A stretch of DNA of 48,671 nucleotides from positions 1-48,671 of the forward strand of contig JBBIOM010000014.1 of NCBI GenBank assembly GCA_037443365.1, written 5' to 3'. The translations under genes were made by a program, and so were the position numbers. The notes beneath the pieces are model-generated. The model ran no database searches and had not been told where the DNA came from. It worked only from the letters and a program-made list of their open reading frames with translations. Source of the stretch: Armatimonadota bacterium (GTDB lineage Bacteria; Sysuimicrobiota; Sysuimicrobiia; Sysuimicrobiales; Humicultoraceae). Shown here in pieces: positions 36,934 to 46,370 of the stretch; the first letter of the stretch is position 1; the number at the start of each line of letters is the position of its first letter.

Positions 36934-37350
36934 CTACCGCCGCAAAGCCTCGCCCCGCAGATCCGCCAGGCTCAACCTGTCCAGCACGCCGTCGGCGGCA
37001 CCACGCACCGCGCGCCAGAGAAGCCGCAGGCCGCAATCAGGAGCATGCTCGCAGTCGGGGGCGTCCTCCTCCACGCACCGCCAGGGCGCCGTTGACCCCT
37101 CCAGGACCGCGAACACCTCGCGCAGGCTGATCCGCTCGGGCGGACGCGACAGCTCGTGCCCGCCCAGGCGGCCACGCTTGCTGACAACCAGCCCTGCTGT
37201 GCGTAACGCCGCCATGAGCTTGTGGAGGTACGGCTCCGGCAATCGCTGCCGCGACGCGATCTCCTGGCTGTGAACAGGGCCTTCCCCGTAGTGGGCGGCC
37301 AAGTCAATGAGCGCCCGGATGCCGTACTCGGCCCGCGTGGAGACCCTCAC
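36934..37350 (-). CDS. Rrf2 family regulator with three Cys (IscR/CymR-like)
   Basis: STRAEYGIRAL, LVVSKRGRLGG, LEG; C-x7-C-x5-C cluster (RCVEEDAPDCEHAPDC). Confidence 0.92.
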   Translation of the reverse strand: MRVSTRAEYGIRALIDLAAHYGEGPVHSQEIASRQRLPEPYLHKLMAALRTAGLVVSKRGRLGGHELSRPPERISLREVFAVLEGSTAPWRCVEEDAPDCEHAPDCGLRLLWRAVRGAADGVLDRLSLADLRGEALRR

Positions 37351-37763
37351 AGCGACACCACCAGATCCTCCTCGGTCACAACTCCACCCTGTATCCGAAA
37401 CGCGCGCAGCTCCACCTCGTGCGCCGGCGCATCCGCCGATGGGAGCGATACTATGAGATACGCCACCTCGGGGTAGGAAGCCTGCGCGACGTCGGTCTGG
37501 GACGGCCGCGCCGGTGAGCCGGGATGCGAATGGTAGATGCCCACCAGCTCCATCCCCAGCGCGTCCATCTCCCGGAAGGCCAGGAACTGCTCCTGCGGAT
37601 CGAGGCGGTAGGTAAATGGGCTCGGGTCAACGTTGCCGGCCCGGAACACGCGCTCGATGCGGCTCCCCCTACCCGCGAGCAAACCGCAGCACTCGTTGGG
37701 GAACTTCGTGCGCGCGTGGACTGTGATCTCCACGGCGTGCGCCAGGCCGATCTCAAGAGCCAT
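37347..37763 (-). CDS. JAMM/MPN (M67) metallopeptidase, Mec-like
   Basis: PNECCG and GIYHSHPGSPARPSQTD JAMM motif. Confidence 0.9.
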   Translation of the reverse strand: MALEIGLAHAVEITVHARTKFPNECCGLLAGRGSRIERVFRAGNVDPSPFTYRLDPQEQFLAFREMDALGMELVGIYHSHPGSPARPSQTDVAQASYPEVAYLIVSLPSADAPAHEVELRAFRIQGGVVTEEDLVVSL

Positions 37764-37793
37764 GGGTCGGATGCAGCCACCCTGCCACGTCGG

Positions 37794-38642
37794 TCACTCG
37801 TCGTAGAGGACCGTGGGCTCGGGGTAGCGGCGCACGCGGTTCTCCATGATCCTTGCGTGCACGATCGCGTCAAGACGCGCCTGCTTCGTCGCGGTGGGCT
37901 CATCGGCGCGCAGTATGCACAGGTCGAGATTCACGCGCAGCGCGCGCTGGGGAACAACGTGCCGGCTGATGCCGGTGGGAAGCCTCACCGGAAGCCGGGC
38001 GATCGTGCCGATGTCCTGCTTGGTGAAGCGCGGGAAGATTACGAGCGCAGCCGCCGGGCCGTACTCGTGCTCCAGATCGCCCAGGTGAGAACCCTGGACT
38101 CGGAAGATCGGCACGCGCCCCCTGTACCGGGTCACCACCTCGCCCAGCGCCCTGACCCGTCCGGCCAGCCCGGTGTCCGAGGGAAGGCCAAAGGCCCCGC
38201 CCGCGGCTATGATGCCGCATGCCAGGTCGCCTCCCGCAAGCCCGGCGCGCACGTCCTCTTCCGGCATCGGCCGCCAGGCAAGGAAGGGCGGCCCCTGGCT
38301 CCCGACCAGCACGCCGTCGTCCCGGAGCAGGTGTGACCAGACGTCGAGAACGACCGCGGGATCGGCGTAGTCCACGACCTGAACAAGCTGGTCGGGAAAC
38401 CCGGCCTGCCGGAGCACGGTCACCCGGTTGGCGCCGTCGAGCACCACGTACATCCCCCCATCCAGGTGAGCGACGATGGGTGGGTTGCGCAGAACCCCGT
38501 CGGCGACAAGGACGCGCGCAAGCCGCTCCACGCGGCCGGGATCGCATTCCTCGTGCAGCAGCAGCGACGCCGACGGAACGATGCGCAGCACGGGCAGCAC
38601 GTGATCAGAGGAGGCCCTGGGCGGGCCGGAGACGCCTGACAT
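37794..38642 (-). CDS. ParB/Srx-fold protein, SbnI/SerK-like putative free L-serine kinase
   Basis: LLLHEE...RVERL...LRNPPIV...YVVLDGANR, DVWSH, and C-terminal LPTGISRHVVPQRALRVNLDL parallel the S. aureus SbnI motifs as recalled (LHE...HPILV...IDGVHR...TWQH...PAGVTRF..RCLNL). Confidence 0.65.
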   Translation of the reverse strand: MSGVSGPPRASSDHVLPVLRIVPSASLLLHEECDPGRVERLARVLVADGVLRNPPIVAHLDGGMYVVLDGANRVTVLRQAGFPDQLVQVVDYADPAVVLDVWSHLLRDDGVLVGSQGPPFLAWRPMPEEDVRAGLAGGDLACGIIAAGGAFGLPSDTGLAGRVRALGEVVTRYRGRVPIFRVQGSHLGDLEHEYGPAAALVIFPRFTKQDIGTIARLPVRLPTGISRHVVPQRALRVNLDLCILRADEPTATKQARLDAIVHARIMENRVRRYPEPTVLYDE

Positions 38643-38651
38643 GGTACGATC

Positions 38652-39350
38652 CTACACCAGGGCGAGGGCCGCTTCCAGATCCCGACGAGTGATCGGCGAG
38701 AGCACGATGCCAAAGGACCGGCCGAACTGCTCGGGATAGACCCGGCGCACCTCCGTGATCTCAACGGGGTGGCCCAAGACCGCGCTCATCGAGGTGACCG
38801 GGCGGCCCAGCCCGCACGGGTTGACCAAGGAAAACGCGTCGAGCGCACCTGCCACGTTCAGGGCGAACCCGTGCATGGTCACGCGGCGCCTGACCGCCAC
38901 CCCCACGGAGCAGATCTTGGCGCCGCCAACCCAGACGCCGGGATAGCCCTTCTCGCGCACTGCCGCGATGCCGAAGCACTCCAGGGTCCGGATTATGGAC
39001 TCCTCCATCGTGCGCATGTACCGGGTCACGTCCTCGCCCATGGTCCCCAGATCCACAATCGGGTAGCCTACGAGCTGCCCGGGACCGTGGTACGTGACGC
39101 TGCCGCCGCGCTCCACGCGATAGTGCTGGATGCCGCGCGACGCCAGATCCTCGGGCGATGCGCGAAGGTGCTCGGGCCTCCCGCTGCGCCCCACCGTTAT
39201 CACCGGCGGATGCTCCAGCAAGACCACCACGTCCGGGATCCGTCCGGCCTGGCGCGCAGCGACAAGCTCCTTCTGGAGGGCCCATGCCTCGGCATAGGGA
39301 ACGGCTTTCCCCCCCAGGTCGAGCAGCCATCCCGCCGGCGCCTTCATCAC
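38652..39350 (-). CDS. lipB: lipoyl(octanoyl) transferase
   Basis: LLEHPPVITVG, RGGSVTYHGPGQLVGYPI, KICSVG, MHGFALNV, NPCG. Confidence 0.95.
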   Translation of the reverse strand: MMKAPAGWLLDLGGKAVPYAEAWALQKELVAARQAGRIPDVVVLLEHPPVITVGRSGRPEHLRASPEDLASRGIQHYRVERGGSVTYHGPGQLVGYPIVDLGTMGEDVTRYMRTMEESIIRTLECFGIAAVREKGYPGVWVGGAKICSVGVAVRRRVTMHGFALNVAGALDAFSLVNPCGLGRPVTSMSAVLGHPVEITEVRRVYPEQFGRSFGIVLSPITRRDLEAALALV

Positions 39351-39356
39351 ACGGGA

Positions 39357-39385
39357 AGCGTACCAGAGCCGCTGGGGGCCAACAA
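39357..39385 (-). promoter_or_regulatory. putative sigma70 promoter of leaderless lipB operon
   Basis: TTGTTG-N17-TACGCT with TG extension, 6 nt before GTGATG; no SD sequence. Confidence 0.55.
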
Positions 39386-39456
39386 GAGACGTTGCAGGGA
39401 TTGGGCGGCGCTGCGCGCAACATACCTGCGATGGGCACAGCAGGGGTGATCTGCCG

Positions 39457-40137
39457 ATGACCGTCCACGACATCTCGAAGACCGAACGGACCGAGATGTA
39501 CCTCAAGGCGGTCTACACCCTGTCGCAGACCGCGCCGCCTGTTACGATCACGAAGGTCGCCGAGTACATGGCCGTCTCGGCGCCGGCGTCCTACGAGATG
39601 CTCAAGCGCCTTGAGGCGCAGGGACTCCTGCAGTCCGCGGCAGGAGAAGGGCACACACTGACCCGGCAGGGGATGCGTACCGCCACCCGTGTGGTCCGAC
39701 GGCTGCGCCTGGCTGAGCGCCTGCTCTCGGACGTACTGAAGGTCGAGCTGCCCCAGGTCTACGCCGAGGCCTGCAAGCTCGAGCACGTGATCAGCCCCGA
39801 GGTCGAGGCGCGCATGGCCATCGTGCTGGGGCACCCGGCAACCTGCCCGCACGGCCTGCCGATTCCCGGCGATGCCGCGCCGCCCGCGCAATCGCTGCGC
39901 ACCGTTGCCCAGCTCGAGACAGGGGACCACGCCGTGCTCGTGGGCATCCCCGAGGACGACGAGCCCGTCGTGACGCACCTGGTGGAGTTGGGCCTGACCC
40001 CGGGAACCGCGATCGTGGTCGCGGAGGCAGCAGCGCTGGGCGGTCCGGTCACGCTGCAGATCGAGGGACAGACAAGGGCGCTGGCGCTGGAGATGGCCCG
40101 GCGGCTCTTCGTGCGACGGGAACGCACCTCATCCTAG
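39457..40137 (+). CDS. DtxR/IdeR/MntR family metal-dependent regulator with FeoA-like domain
   Basis: EMYLKAVY, HTH, RLAERLL, EACKLEH, PATCPHGLPIPG, LGLTPG. Confidence 0.92.
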   Translation: MTVHDISKTERTEMYLKAVYTLSQTAPPVTITKVAEYMAVSAPASYEMLKRLEAQGLLQSAAGEGHTLTRQGMRTATRVVRRLRLAERLLSDVLKVELPQVYAEACKLEHVISPEVEARMAIVLGHPATCPHGLPIPGDAAPPAQSLRTVAQLETGDHAVLVGIPEDDEPVVTHLVELGLTPGTAIVVAEAAALGGPVTLQIEGQTRALALEMARRLFVRRERTSS

Positions 40138-40383
40138 GACGCCGCACGCGTGAGAGAGCCGCGAGAGGGCGTCCAGTCAGGCTAGTCGGGCGGTCCGGGC
40201 AGAGGGGATGGCGGGACGCTGCCGCGGCGTCTGGATGCCGGCCGTCCCCTCGGGGCTTCACGCCGGACCTTCTACATCCACCCCCCCCCTTGAAATGCGC
40301 CCGAATAAGCCGGAGAATACAGAACCGGGCATTGGTCCGACGGACCAGGGCCCGCGATGTTCGAGATCCTCGGAGGTGTGTAG

Positions 40384-41568
40384 ATGTCGCGCGTGTTGCT
40401 ATTGATGGTAGCCGCGGGGTTAGCACTGTCCATGAGCGTCCCCGGCTCCGCGGTCGCTGCTCCCGGCCCTGAGCCGACCCCGGGATACCGGGGCCTTGGG
40501 CTCTCGACGCCCTATCCCAGCCAGACCGTGCGCGCCGGCGAGACCGTCACGCTGGCGATCACCGTTCGGAACTACGGGCTGGCGCCGCAGATCGTAACAC
40601 TGGCGGTGGCCAAGAGCGTCCCTGGATGGAAGGTCAGCTTCCTCGGCGGTGGGCGCACCGTGACTGCGGTGGCGGTTGGGACGGATCAGGAAGCGGCGTT
40701 GAGCGTCCAGCTCGACCCGTCGCCTGCTGCCAGGGCCGGGACCTATCGGTTCGTGCTGACAGCGCAGGGGCAGGGCGTCGCTGCCGAGTTGCCGCTGGCG
40801 CTCACCGTGGGCAAGGTCCAGCCGGGCCGCCTGCAGATGCAGGCCGAACTCCCGGTGCTGCGTGGGCCCGGGACCTCCAGCTTCCGCTACCGCCTGACGC
40901 TCAAGAACGAGAGCGAGAAGGACATGCTGGTCAGCCTGGAGGCGCAGATGCCCAAGGGCTTCCAGGTGGCCTTCACCCCGGCCTTCGCCAGCCAGCAGGT
41001 CACGAGCCTGCCGGTGAAGGCGGGTGAGGCGCGCGATCTCGACGCGGAGGTCACCCTTCCCCAGGATGTGGCGGCGGGATCGCACGCGCTCAGCGTCCGG
41101 GCCGTCAGCGGGGAGGCCAGGGCCGAGGTCAAGCTCACCATAGAGGTCACCGGTCGCCCTGATCTCTCGATAAGCACGCCTGACGGCCGGCTGTCCGGTC
41201 GGGCCTACGCCGGGCGCGACACGCCGGTCAAGCTGGTCGTGCGGAACCGGGGCAGCGCGCCCGCGCGCGCGGTCGAGGTCTCCTCGTACGAGCCCACCGG
41301 GTGGCAGGTCAAGTTCGAGCCGTCGCGCATCGAGGAGATCGCGCCCAAGGGCGAGGCGCAGGTAACCGCGACCGTGCGGCCCTCATCCAAGGCGATCGCC
41401 GGCGACTACATGCTGACGCTGCGCGCCACCGCGGGCGATTCGTCCTCATCGGCCGAGTTCCGCGTCACCGTCTTCACCTCCACGCTCTGGGGCATCGTGG
41501 GCGTCATCGTGATCGCGGTCGCCCTGGGCATCGTCAGCCTGGTGGTCTCCCGCTACGGACGGAGATGA
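40384..41568 (+). CDS. NEW3 (NPCBM-associated) Ig-like repeat protein with C-terminal TM anchor
   Basis: Signal peptide, three Ig-like repeats (VRN.G; PGWKVSF / PKGFQVAF / PTGWQVKF; AGxY), C-terminal TM and RYGRR. Confidence 0.85.
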   Translation: MSRVLLLMVAAGLALSMSVPGSAVAAPGPEPTPGYRGLGLSTPYPSQTVRAGETVTLAITVRNYGLAPQIVTLAVAKSVPGWKVSFLGGGRTVTAVAVGTDQEAALSVQLDPSPAARAGTYRFVLTAQGQGVAAELPLALTVGKVQPGRLQMQAELPVLRGPGTSSFRYRLTLKNESEKDMLVSLEAQMPKGFQVAFTPAFASQQVTSLPVKAGEARDLDAEVTLPQDVAAGSHALSVRAVSGEARAEVKLTIEVTGRPDLSISTPDGRLSGRAYAGRDTPVKLVVRNRGSAPARAVEVSSYEPTGWQVKFEPSRIEEIAPKGEAQVTATVRPSSKAIAGDYMLTLRATAGDSSSSAEFRVTVFTSTLWGIVGVIVIAVALGIVSLVVSRYGRR

Positions 41569-42500
41569 GCGCGATTATCGAGACACAGGGCCTTACCAAG
41601 CACTACGGACCGATCGCGGCCGTCGAGTCGCTGAACCTTCGCCTGCAGGCCGGAGAGGTCTTCGGCCTGCTGGGCCCCAACGGCTCGGGGAAGACGACGA
41701 CCATCCTGATGCTGCTGGGCCTGACCGAGCCGACCTCCGGGTGGGCGCGCGTCCTGGGGGAGGATCCCCTGCGCAACCCGCTCGAGGTCAAGCGGCGGGT
41801 GGGCTACATGCCCGACTCGGTCGGGTTCTACGACGACCTGAGCGCGCGCGAGAACCTGCGCTACACCGCGCGCCTGAACGGGCTCTCCCGCTCCGAGTCG
41901 GAATCGCGGATGGACGAGGTGCTCTCAGGCGCAGGACTCTCGGAAGTGGCCGACCGCCCGGTGGCGACGTACTCGCGCGGCATGCGCCAGCGCCTGGGGC
42001 TGGCCGATGTGCTCCTCAAGCGGCCCCAGGTGGCAATCCTGGACGAGCCCACGATGGGGCTCGACCCCGAGGCCGCGGCTGAGTTCCTGGCGATGATCCG
42101 GGGGCTGAGGTCGCAGGGTATTGCGGTCCTTCTCTCATCTCACCTGCTCCAGCAGGTCCAGGCGGTGTGCGACCGGGTGGGCCTCTTCCACAAGGGGCGG
42201 CTGGTTCTCGAGGGCAGCGTGGAGGCGCTGAGTGACCGGGTGTTGGGCGGCGCCTACCGTATCGTTGTGGAGGCCTCGGGCGACGGCCTGGAGCGCACGC
42301 TTGGCGCCGTACCAGGCGTCGTGCGCGTTGCGCAGGAGCGCCCGGGTACCTACCGGGTGGAAGCCCAGCAGGACTGCCGCGCCGAGGTGGCGCGTCGGGT
42401 GGTGGCCGGCGGCGCCCAGCTTCTCGGGCTCAGCCTGGAGCGCGCCACCCTGGACGACGTCTATGCGCGTTACTTCCAGGAGGCCCGCCATGAAGCGTAG
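41565..42500 (+). CDS. ABC transporter ATP-binding protein
   Basis: [30 protein letters not shown] overlap. Confidence 0.95.
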   Translation: MSAIIETQGLTKHYGPIAAVESLNLRLQAGEVFGLLGPNGSGKTTTILMLLGLTEPTSGWARVLGEDPLRNPLEVKRRVGYMPDSVGFYDDLSARENLRYTARLNGLSRSESESRMDEVLSGAGLSEVADRPVATYSRGMRQRLGLADVLLKRPQVAILDEPTMGLDPEAAAEFLAMIRGLRSQGIAVLLSSHLLQQVQAVCDRVGLFHKGRLVLEGSVEALSDRVLGGAYRIVVEASGDGLERTLGAVPGVVRVAQERPGTYRVEAQQDCRAEVARRVVAGGAQLLGLSLERATLDDVYARYFQEARHEA

Positions 42501-43443
42501 AGGATCCCCCTGGACCGGCCTTGGGGCCATACTGATCAAGGAGATGGCCGATCACCTCTCCAGCGTCCGCATGCGGCTGCTGGAAGGCCTGGTGCTCCTG
42601 ACCGCGATCGGCACGGTGTTCGCCGCCACGCAGACCCTGCGGCAGACCATCGGGGAGGACCCATTCCTGTACCTGAAGATACTGACCTCGGCCCAGGACC
42701 CCTTGCCGTCGTTCGTGGCCTTCATGGGATTCCTGATCCCGCTTGTGGCCATCGCCCTGGCGTTCGACGCCATCAACGGCGAGTACATGCGCCGGACGCT
42801 CAGCCGCGTTCTGGCGCAGCCCATCTACCGCGATGCCGTGCTGCTGGGCAAGTTCCTGGCCGGCATCTTCACCCTGGGCATAACGCTCCTCGCGCTCTGG
42901 TTGCTGGTAGTCGGCCTGGGCATCCTGCGCCTGGGCGTGGTGCCGGAGGCCCGGGAGGTCGGGCGTGGGCTCGTTTTCATCTTTGCCACGCTTGCCTACG
43001 GCGGGGTGTGGCTGGCGCTGGCGATGCTGTTCTCGGTGGTGTTCCGCCAGCCCGCCACGTCGGCCATGGCCACGATCGCGGTGTGGCTGTTCTTCGCGGT
43101 CTTCTGGGAGATACTGGCGGGCCTGTTCTTCAACATCATAAGCGCGAGCGCATCGGGCGGACCCGAGACGGAGCTGGCCCTTGCCAACTTCCGCCTCTTC
43201 CTGTCGCGCATCTCGCCCAACACGCTCTACTCGGAGACCGTGCTGGCCCTGCTCAACCCGGACGTGCGCGCGCTGGGCCCGGTCCTGATAACACAACTCG
43301 AAGGCGCGGTGCGGGGCACGCTCCTGCCGTTGTCGCAGAGCCTGTTGCTCGTCTGGCCCCAGTTGACCGGGCTGGTCGCCACCGTGATCCTGCTGTTCGC
43401 CGGCGCCTACGTGGCGTTCCAGCGGCAGGAGGTAAGGGCGTAG
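42490..43443 (+). CDS. ABC-2 type permease (NosY/Gld-like)
   Basis: Multi-TM; FDAINGE...[20 protein letters not shown]; ends FQRQEVRA. Confidence 0.9.
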   Translation: MKRRGSPWTGLGAILIKEMADHLSSVRMRLLEGLVLLTAIGTVFAATQTLRQTIGEDPFLYLKILTSAQDPLPSFVAFMGFLIPLVAIALAFDAINGEYMRRTLSRVLAQPIYRDAVLLGKFLAGIFTLGITLLALWLLVVGLGILRLGVVPEAREVGRGLVFIFATLAYGGVWLALAMLFSVVFRQPATSAMATIAVWLFFAVFWEILAGLFFNIISASASGGPETELALANFRLFLSRISPNTLYSETVLALLNPDVRALGPVLITQLEGAVRGTLLPLSQSLLLVWPQLTGLVATVILLFAGAYVAFQRQEVRA

Positions 43444-43530
43444 CATCAGGCGCGTCGCGTTGATATCGCCCAACTCCACGTGCGCAATGTGGATGTAGTC
43501 ACAGATATGACCACTCGTGGGGAGTGCTAG

Positions 43531-43585
43531 GTGCCCGAGTCCGGTGTTCGCGAGCTGAAGATCCGCGCCTAGGAGATTCTCCGCG
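43531..43585 (+). pseudogene. Phd/YefM antitoxin N-terminal remnant with internal stop
   Basis: RBS GGGGAG, then VPESGVRELKIRA*EILR (TAG at 43570); matches the GVRELK...SEIL start typical of Phd-type antitoxins. Confidence 0.65.
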
Positions 43586-43744
43586 GTGGCCGGTGCGATC
43601 GGCCGGGGACAAAGAGATGCGGACCTGGCGCGCCGTGTCATCGCCGCTCTCCGCCGGCTTCCATACCTGCTCTTAATCGCCCTCGACGCCAGGCTGGCTG
43701 ATCGGGCGGCCGGCCTGGCCGCGGGGCACCGGCTGCGCGGCAGT
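43586..43744 (+). pseudogene. VapC/PIN toxin internal fragment
   Basis: VAGAIGRGQRDADLARRVIAALRRLPYLLLIALDARLADRAAGLAAGHRLRGS resembles a PIN-domain core, truncated just before the conserved D of LRGxD. Confidence 0.6.
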
Positions 43745-44534
43745 CGCTCGAAGCCCGGAGGACCTTCGCGAAGTCGGCAACTACGTGGTTGCCCTCGAAT
43801 ATGGGCTGGAGCGGCTCAAGGCCCTCCCCCTCTCCCTCCGACTCGTGCGCGAACTACACGCGCGACTGATGGGCGGGGTTGGCGGCAGCCAGGCGATCCC
43901 CGGGGAGTTCCGGAGCACACAGAACTGGATCGGGCCTCCCGGGGCCAATCTGGCCTCGGCCACCCCTGTGCAGATAGCGCTGGCCCATTACCAGTTCGAG
44001 GCCATTCATCCATTCCTGGATGGCAAAGGCCGCGTGGGCCGGCTACTCGTCACGCTGTTTCTGGTCGAGCGCGAGATCCTGCCGAAGCCCATCCTGTACC
44101 TCAGCGCCTTCTTCGAAGCAACGCGGCGCGACTACTACGATCGCCTGCTTGGGGTCAGCGAACGCGGGGAGTGGAGCGGCTGGCTCGAGTACTTCCTGAC
44201 GGGCGTGGCCCGGCAGGCCGAGGATGCCCTCAGAAGGTCCGCGAGGATCAACGAGCTCCTGGCGGAGTGGCGGGTCGCCGCCTCGGGCTTCGCGGCCAAG
44301 ACGCCGATCACGGTGATCGATCTGCTGGCCGAGAACCCGTACTGCACGATACGAGGGGTCGCGAAGCGCCTGGGTGTCGCCTACACAACGGCGCAGCGGG
44401 CCATCGAGAGACTGGAATCGCTCTCCATCGTCGCCCAGGTGGGGAAGGCGAAGCGCGGTCGAGTGTTCTGCGCCAGGGCCCTGCTGCAGGTTCTTGAGGC
44501 GCCGGCGACGCTGCATCCTGTGAAGGCAAGTTGA
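43740..44534 (+). pseudogene. Fic family protein, N-truncated and internally deleted
   Basis: DLREVGNYVVALEYG, GEFRSTQNWIG, HYQFEAIHPFLDGKGR (N->K in Fic motif), C-terminal HTH. No upstream in-frame start (TAA at 43674), and the segment expected between ASAT and VQIALAH is missing. Confidence 0.75.
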
Positions 44535-44562
44535 TGCGGCGGCGGTCTGTCGCCGCTTGCGC

Positions 44563-45921
44563 TCAGGGCTGTAGCACCGCCAACTCGCGCATCGCCTTCC
44601 TGATCGCCTCCTCCGGGTAAGCGAAGTCCTCTAGACGGCCGGCCAGGTGCGCCTCGTAGGCCGCCATGTCGAAGTGGCCGTGGCCGGATAGCCCGAAGAG
44701 AATCGTGCGCGGCCGGCCTTCCTTCTTCGCCTCCAACGCCTCGTCAATCGCCTTGCGGATGGCGTGCGCCGCCTCCGGCGCCGGGATGATCCCCTCGGCG
44801 CGCGCGAACTGAAGCGCGGCGTCAAAGACCGTACGCTGCTGGTAGGCCGCGGCCTCCACGTACTTGTGGTGGTAGAGCAGGCACAGCAGCGGCGCATCGC
44901 CGTGGTAGCGCAGGCCGCCCGCGTGAATGCCCGGCGGCACGAAGGTGTGTCCCAGCGTGTACATCTTGACCAGGGGCGTGGTGGCCGCTGTGTCGCCAAA
45001 GTCATAGAGGTAATCGCCGCGGGTCAGCGTTGGGCACGCCTCGGGCTCGACGGCTACGAACCGCGTAGCGCTCCCCTTGAACTTCTCCGGCATGAACGGG
45101 AAGGCAAGGCCCGAGAAGTTGCTGCCGCCGCCGACGCAGCCGATGACGACGTCCGGAGCGTCGCCGGCCAGTTCCATCTGGCGGCGGGCCTCCAGTCCGA
45201 TGACGGTCTGGTGCAGCATCACGTGGTTCAGCACGCTGCCCAGCGAGTACTTGGTGTCATCGTGCGTGGCGGCGTCCTCGACCGCCTCGCTTATCGCGAT
45301 GCCCAGGCTGCCAGGCGAATCGGGCGCCTTCTCGAGGATCGCCCTGCCGGCGTGCGTGCGGTCGGTCGGGCTGGAGAACACGTCCGCGCCCCATGCCTGC
45401 ATCATCAGCTTGCGATAGGGCTTCTGATCGTAGGAAACCCGCACCATGTAGACGGTGCAGTCGAGGCCGAACAGCCGGCAGGCCAGCGCCAGCGCGCTTC
45501 CCCACTGGCCAGCGCCGGTCTCGGTGGCCAGGCGACGCACGCCCTCCTGCTTGTTGTAGAACGCCTGCGCCACCGCGGTGTTGGGCTTGTGGCTGCCGGC
45601 CGGGCTGGTGCCCTCGTACTTGTAGTAGATGCGGGCGGGCGTATCGAGCGCCGCCTCCAGCCGCCGCGCGCGGTAGAGGGGCGTGGGCCGCCACAGGCGG
45701 TACACGTCGCGCACCGGGGCGGGTATCTCGATCTCGCGCTCGGCGCTGACCTCCTGCTTGATGAGCTCCATCGGAAACAGCGGAGCGAGATCGGCCGGGC
45801 CGATCGGCTGCCTCGTCCCCGGATGGAGCACCGCCGCCGGCGACACCGGCAGGTCGGCGACGATGTTGTACCAGGAGCGGGGCACGTCGCCTTCGCCCAG
45901 CAGGATCTTGGTGGAATCCAT
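44563..45921 (-). CDS. trpB2: TrpB2-type tryptophan synthase beta (stand-alone)
   Basis: [67 protein letters not shown]. Confidence 0.95.
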   Translation of the reverse strand: MDSTKILLGEGDVPRSWYNIVADLPVSPAAVLHPGTRQPIGPADLAPLFPMELIKQEVSAEREIEIPAPVRDVYRLWRPTPLYRARRLEAALDTPARIYYKYEGTSPAGSHKPNTAVAQAFYNKQEGVRRLATETGAGQWGSALALACRLFGLDCTVYMVRVSYDQKPYRKLMMQAWGADVFSSPTDRTHAGRAILEKAPDSPGSLGIAISEAVEDAATHDDTKYSLGSVLNHVMLHQTVIGLEARRQMELAGDAPDVVIGCVGGGSNFSGLAFPFMPEKFKGSATRFVAVEPEACPTLTRGDYLYDFGDTAATTPLVKMYTLGHTFVPPGIHAGGLRYHGDAPLLCLLYHHKYVEAAAYQQRTVFDAALQFARAEGIIPAPEAAHAIRKAIDEALEAKKEGRPRTILFGLSGHGHFDMAAYEAHLAGRLEDFAYPEEAIRKAMRELAVLQP

Positions 45922-45969
45922 CTCCAGCACCTCCCCGTTTTCCCGTCGCCGGTCGGTCCCCCGACGGGT

Positions 45970-46236
45970 GAAATGATGCCGGCCTCCGTCGAGGGACGGA
46001 GGCCGGCTCCGTGGTGCCACCCATGTTCCGGGGGATCGCTGTGCGCGAGCCCGCAGCGCTCTGATCCGCTAACGGCGAATCAACCGGCGCGGCTACTGGA
46101 GCGGTTTGGCGCTTGGCGCCTCCCGCCCGTTCACCGCGCGCCTCGCGGGTCCATTCCGCGCCGCGCAGCGGCCGCCTTCCACCTTAGCGGCTCTCTGTGC
46201 GCCCGCCTGGCGCGTACTCGTCCCGTTCATCGGGCT
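45970..46236 (-). ncRNA. T-box riboswitch with Trp (UGG) specifier
   Basis: Minus strand order: GATGAA..., AGTA, AGAGAG box, GGTGGAA loop, specifier loop GAA-TGG-A (46151-46153), stem II GGTGAA...AGTAGCC, CCGTTA F-box, T-box AACATGGGTGGCACCACG (46010-46027), CGTCCC antiterminator 3' arm. Confidence 0.9.
45978..46007 (-). terminator. T-box terminator hairpin
   Basis: 13-bp perfect stem GCCGGCCTCCGTC/GACGGAGGCCGGC followed by a weak U tract (ATCATTTC); overlaps the antiterminator. Confidence 0.8.
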
Positions 46237-46370
46237 GATTGAACCGCGTGCTTCGCCGTCTCTTGCCGATCTCCTGCCTGCCGAACCCGGCGCCTGCGGC
46301 ACCTCCAGCCGTACCGCAGGGGCGCAACCCAGGCCTCGGTGACCGGGCGGCCGGAGCCATCCGCATCCTG

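Noticed and set aside
37794-38642. Chromosome-partition ParB
   Set aside because: No HTH, no adjacent parA, and the C-terminal motifs fit SbnI-type proteins better.
43586-44497. 303-aa ORF as a genuine gene
   Set aside because: Only the first ~53 codons are protein-like (VapC fragment); the rest is an off-frame read of the Fic remnant.
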